From: Actinomycetes bacterium
Lineage (GTDB): Bacteria > Actinomycetota > Acidimicrobiia > Acidimicrobiales > JANYDT01
NCBI GenBank assembly: GCA_031368095.1
Contig: JANLQX010000312.1
Coordinates: 1-56,586 of the forward strand
DNA length: 56,586 nucleotides
Reading direction: 5' to 3'
The translations under genes were made by a program, and so were the position numbers. Of the stretch, positions 53,732 to 56,586 are shown one piece after another (positions within the stretch are counted from its first letter, which is position 1; each line of letters starts with the position of its first letter). The notes under the pieces were generated by a model, which was not told the DNA's origin, ran no database searches, and worked only from the letters and a program-made list of their open reading frames with translations.

Positions 53732-54807
53732 GCCGACCGTGCGATGCGGTACACGGTGTCGTAGCCGTCGGTCATTGCCTCGGCGGTGAATCGTTCCCGC
53801 CATGTCTTTCGTGCTGCGGCGCCGAGACGCACCCGAAGTTCGTCGTCCTGAAGAGTTTCGAGCGCGGCAACCACGTCGGGAACTGAAAGCGCACATACGA
53901 TTCCGTTGTGTTGGTGTTCAATCGCATCCACTACGCCGGGTAGGTGGTTCGTGAGAACAGGCAGGCGCTGGCGCATGGCTTCGATGACCGACAGCGGAAG
54001 ACCCTCGTAGTCGGACAGCAATACGGCGACGTGAGCGGCGCCCAGGTACGGAGCCGGCTCGGTCACTCCAACGAAACGAACTCGGTCACCCAGCGGCACC
54101 GCTCGATGTTCCAGTTCCCTACGCAACAGGCCGTCGCCCACGAATGTCACAGCGACGTCGGACCGACGGCTCACCGCTTCCAACAGAACGTCGGGTCGCT
54201 TCGGCGATGAGAGGCGGGCCACCATGACCAGTTCAAGGCAGGGCGAGCCCACCGGTCGGACAGGCTCAGCTTCGGCCTCGTGCCCGACCCCGTTGTGAAC
54301 AAGATGCAGACGACTCTCCGGCACAATCCGGAGCCGCCGAGCGAGGCGGAGCTCGGCGTTCGAAACACACACCACGTGAGCGTTCGTTCGACCGGCCGCC
54401 CACTCGCCACCAAAGGACACGAGGCGCTGCGTGGTAGCTGCACCCCGTTGGAAGGGCCAACCGTGGGCCGTGTAGACAACCGCAGTATCGAGTGTCCTTG
54501 CAGCGACGCGCCCGACCAGACCGCCTTTGGAGGAGTGGGTGTGGACTACGTCGGGCGAAAGCATTCGCAGACGCTCCCGAATGCTGCGCACGGCGCGGAA
54601 ATCCCCAGCCGGGGCGAGCGCATGCACCAGCGACGGATCGAGAACAACATCGATTCCTGCCGTTCGAAGTTCGCCGGCGACGGGACCGAGCAACCCAGTA
54701 ATCACCGAGACCTCGTGCCCCCGTCGGCGCTGCTCGAGAGCGAGCTCGCGCACTACGGTCTGGGCTCCGCCGTAGTCACACTTGGTAATGACGTGAACGA
54801 TCCGCAC
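53728..54807 (-). CDS. GT4-family glycosyltransferase
   Basis: MRIVHVITKCDYGGAQ and the EX7E region YEGLPLSVIEAM. Confidence 0.8.
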   Translation of the reverse strand: MRIVHVITKCDYGGAQTVVRELALEQRRRGHEVSVITGLLGPVAGELRTAGIDVVLDPSLVHALAPAGDFRAVRSIRERLRMLSPDVVHTHSSKGGLVGRVAARTLDTAVVYTAHGWPFQRGAATTQRLVSFGGEWAAGRTNAHVVCVSNAELRLARRLRIVPESRLHLVHNGVGHEAEAEPVRPVGSPCLELVMVARLSSPKRPDVLLEAVSRRSDVAVTFVGDGLLRRELEHRAVPLGDRVRFVGVTEPAPYLGAAHVAVLLSDYEGLPLSVIEAMRQRLPVLTNHLPGVVDAIEHQHNGIVCALSVPDVVAALETLQDDELRVRLGAAARKTWRERFTAEAMTDGYDTVYRIARSA

Positions 54808-54813
54808 CGGCCG

Positions 54814-56214
54814 TTACCGACCTTGGCGACGAAGCACCGAGCGGATCGTGCGGCTCAGAATCCGAAGGTCAAGCGTGAGCGATTGGCGGGAGATGTAGTA
54901 GAGGTCGTACTGCAGCTTCTCCATGGCCGCAGCTTCTGTGGCGGCGTAGCGGTACTTGACCTGCGCCCAACCGGTGAGCCCGGGTGTCACGAGATGGCGA
55001 AGGTCATAGGCGGGCTCCTTGGCCCGCAGCTCTTCCACATAATGAGGCTGTTCGGGCCGCGGGCCGACGATCGACAGCTCCCCCCGAAGAATCGAAAACG
55101 CTTGCGGAAGCTCATCGACGTGCGTCCGCCGCAGGACCCGGCCGAACGGCGTGATCCTTGGGTCGTCGAGATCAGTCCAAGCGAGATTTGCCGCAGAGTC
55201 TGCAGATTCGGGACGCATCGTTCGAAACTTCACGATCGTGAAGACCGCACCGTTTCGTCCGACCCTCGGCTGACGGTAGAGGAGCGGTCCCCGGTTGGCT
55301 AGGGCGTTTCCGACGAGAACGAAGGGAACGCTAAGCCCACAGATGAATGCGGCTAGCACTGCCCCGACAGTGTCTAAGGCACGTTTGGTGTGACGGTACG
55401 TCGGGTTCAGCCGATCGCGCACGTCGAACAGCAGCGCCATCCGCGAAAGCTCAGCAACTGGGAGTTTTCCAAAATGCTCCGCATAAAAGTCAGTAAGCGT
55501 ACTGATGGTGAGGCCCTCGCCGTGGAGTAAAGCGGCGGCACGGTAGACGTCATCGTTGCGAGCAGCTGACTCGCTCAGCACGACCAGGGTTGCCTCGCAA
55601 TCGCGCGCCGCCTGCACAACTTCGTCGACTCGTCCGGAGTCGGTGGTGACCATGTCGGCGAGCGAGAAAGCCACCTCCGGAACCGGAAACGAGGTCGATG
55701 CATCGACCGTCAAGATCCCCGCGTCCTCCGGCGACAAGACCGCGAGGACGCGATCTCGACGGCGCTGGTGGCGACGCCCAAGAACGCTAAAGATGCCGAG
55801 TGCAAACGTGAAGATCGGCAGCACACCGGCGGCGAAGAGAATTACCCACCGCGGCAACAACCGGGGAAACACCGTCTGGACCAGCAACCAAGATCCGGTC
55901 GCCACCGCCGACGCCAGTAGGGCGGCGGCAAAGGCCGGCTGCACATCGTCGACCTCGTCCGGTAGCCCCGCAGTGTGAGCGGCAAGCCAATGCAGGAATG
56001 CCAGCCCGAGGTACGCAGCAACGCTGTTCTGCGTGCCAAACGCGTAGGGCCGGTCACCAAGGCGCGAATGCACGAACCCGAGCGCGACAACGAGGCTGAC
56101 GATCCCCGGAAGGAAAACGAAGTGAAGAACGCGTCGCACGGCATCCATAGCGTTGTCGAAATTTTGGGCGGCTGAGGTACCGCTCCGCGGCAAGCCCAGG
56201 GACGACCACCACAT
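54814..56214 (-). CDS. polyprenyl-phosphate hexose-1-phosphate transferase (WbaP/EpsB-type priming sugar transferase)
   Basis: 4-5 N-terminal TM helices, then the bacterial sugar transferase domain (FTIVKFRTM, DELPQ, GELSIVGPRP, PGLTGWAQV). The start is uncertain: ATG at 56214 or 56148, or the TTG at 56244. Confidence 0.8.
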   Translation of the reverse strand: MWWSSLGLPRSGTSAAQNFDNAMDAVRRVLHFVFLPGIVSLVVALGFVHSRLGDRPYAFGTQNSVAAYLGLAFLHWLAAHTAGLPDEVDDVQPAFAAALLASAVATGSWLLVQTVFPRLLPRWVILFAAGVLPIFTFALGIFSVLGRRHQRRRDRVLAVLSPEDAGILTVDASTSFPVPEVAFSLADMVTTDSGRVDEVVQAARDCEATLVVLSESAARNDDVYRAAALLHGEGLTISTLTDFYAEHFGKLPVAELSRMALLFDVRDRLNPTYRHTKRALDTVGAVLAAFICGLSVPFVLVGNALANRGPLLYRQPRVGRNGAVFTIVKFRTMRPESADSAANLAWTDLDDPRITPFGRVLRRTHVDELPQAFSILRGELSIVGPRPEQPHYVEELRAKEPAYDLRHLVTPGLTGWAQVKYRYAATEAAAMEKLQYDLYYISRQSLTLDLRILSRTIRSVLRRQGR

Positions 56215-56322
56215 TTTCCCGTTCGGACCGTGCCTGCACGCCAAAGCAACGCCTCAGGACTTCGGTCAGGACGCTAAGCCTGCCCGTTCTCCGAGGAGTG
56301 CCGTTTACAGTGTTCGACTGTG

Positions 56323-56586
56323 GTGAATCTTCAGCCGTCTCCGTGTCTATCCGTTGTTGTGCCGATGTTCAACGAGGAACGGACTGTCGAAGCGCTGCTC
56401 ACAAGGGTCCTGGCATCAGAATGGGTAGGCGAGGTGATCGTTGTCGATGATCGTTCGACTGACGCGTCAAGTTCGATCGTGCGGAAGGCAGCAGAACACG
56501 ACTCGAGAATTCAATTTCTCAGCCACACAACAAATCAAGGGAAAGGAGCTGCGCTACGGACCGGTTTTGCAACCGCGTCTCTGCCC
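56323..56586 (+). CDS. GT2-family glycosyltransferase, 5' part (runs off the window)
   Basis: My own translation from the GTG at 56323 gives VNLQPSPCLSVVVPMFNEERTVEALLTRVLASEWVGEVIVVDDRSTDASSSIV...NQGKGAALRTGF. The frame stays open to the window end. Confidence 0.7.
   Translation, partial: MNLQPSPCLSVVVPMFNEERTVEALLTRVLASEWVGEVIVVDDRSTDASSSIVRKAAEHDSRIQFLSHTTNQGKGAALRTGFATASLP

Noticed and set aside
56254-56272. TCAGGAC-ttcgg-TCAGGAC upstream of the priming sugar transferase, as a further DosR-type site.
   Set aside because: It is a direct repeat, not an inverted one. It matches only the GGAC part of a half-site and lies far from the box island.

Overview
This is a high-GC (roughly 68-70%), tightly packed chromosomal segment that looks actinobacterial: it carries mshA for mycothiol, a SARP regulator, an RsiG-like protein, a DosR-like regulator and an LLM-type oxidoreductase. 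I call about 50 protein-coding genes. I saw no rRNA, tRNA, CRISPR array, transposase or integrase in any intergenic gap.

Gene order along the window:
- 1-7.1 kb: proC (partial), ybjN-like and mshA; an XRE regulator, an RsiG-like protein and a MoaD-like protein; a histidine phosphatase and a DUF45 zincin; nei; N-carbamoylputrescine amidase.
- 7.1-14.2 kb: a divergent pair of citrate-synthase paralogs fused to CBS and HTH domains; a flavoprotein disulfide reductase; a Pat-type GNAT/ACS acetyltransferase.
- 15-28.4 kb: an island whose short intergenic gaps carry GGGAC-N4-GTCCC palindromes, the DosR/DevR-type box. The genes are phosphoketolase, an HDAC-type deacetylase, a His-less DHp mini-protein, a PNPOx-family protein, carbamate kinase, a NarL/DosR-like regulator, a soluble PAS histidine kinase, three USP domains, and a copper oxidase with a CopD-like partner.
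- 28.5-35.4 kb: lon, purA-purB and an MFS transporter.
- 35.5-40.9 kb: a PEP-utilizing swivel-domain protein divergent from a 1194-aa SARP/ATPase/TPR regulator.
- 40.9-44.5 kb: a thiolase / enoyl-CoA hydratase / thiolase block interrupted by a 368-nt repeat-dense gap.
- 44.6-56.6 kb: LLM oxidoreductase, 2-hydroxyacid dehydrogenase and a chorismate-mutase-VOC fusion; two divergent secreted proteins of unknown function; vapBC; fadE; and the start of a polysaccharide cluster (GT4, priming sugar transferase, GT2 partial).

I found no canonical phage-defence or mobile system. The candidates I rate highest are:
- the 21-nt phased, mirror-symmetric GCGCAC/GTGCGCG repeat array at 42245-42454;
- the DosR-type box island, with its His-less DHp decoy, deacetylase and acetyl-phosphate-producing enzyme;
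- the CBS-/HTH-fused citrate-synthase pair with an AT-rich operator-like gap.

All functional calls come from motif recognition by eye. No database search was run. Start codons were chosen by inspection and several are uncertain.
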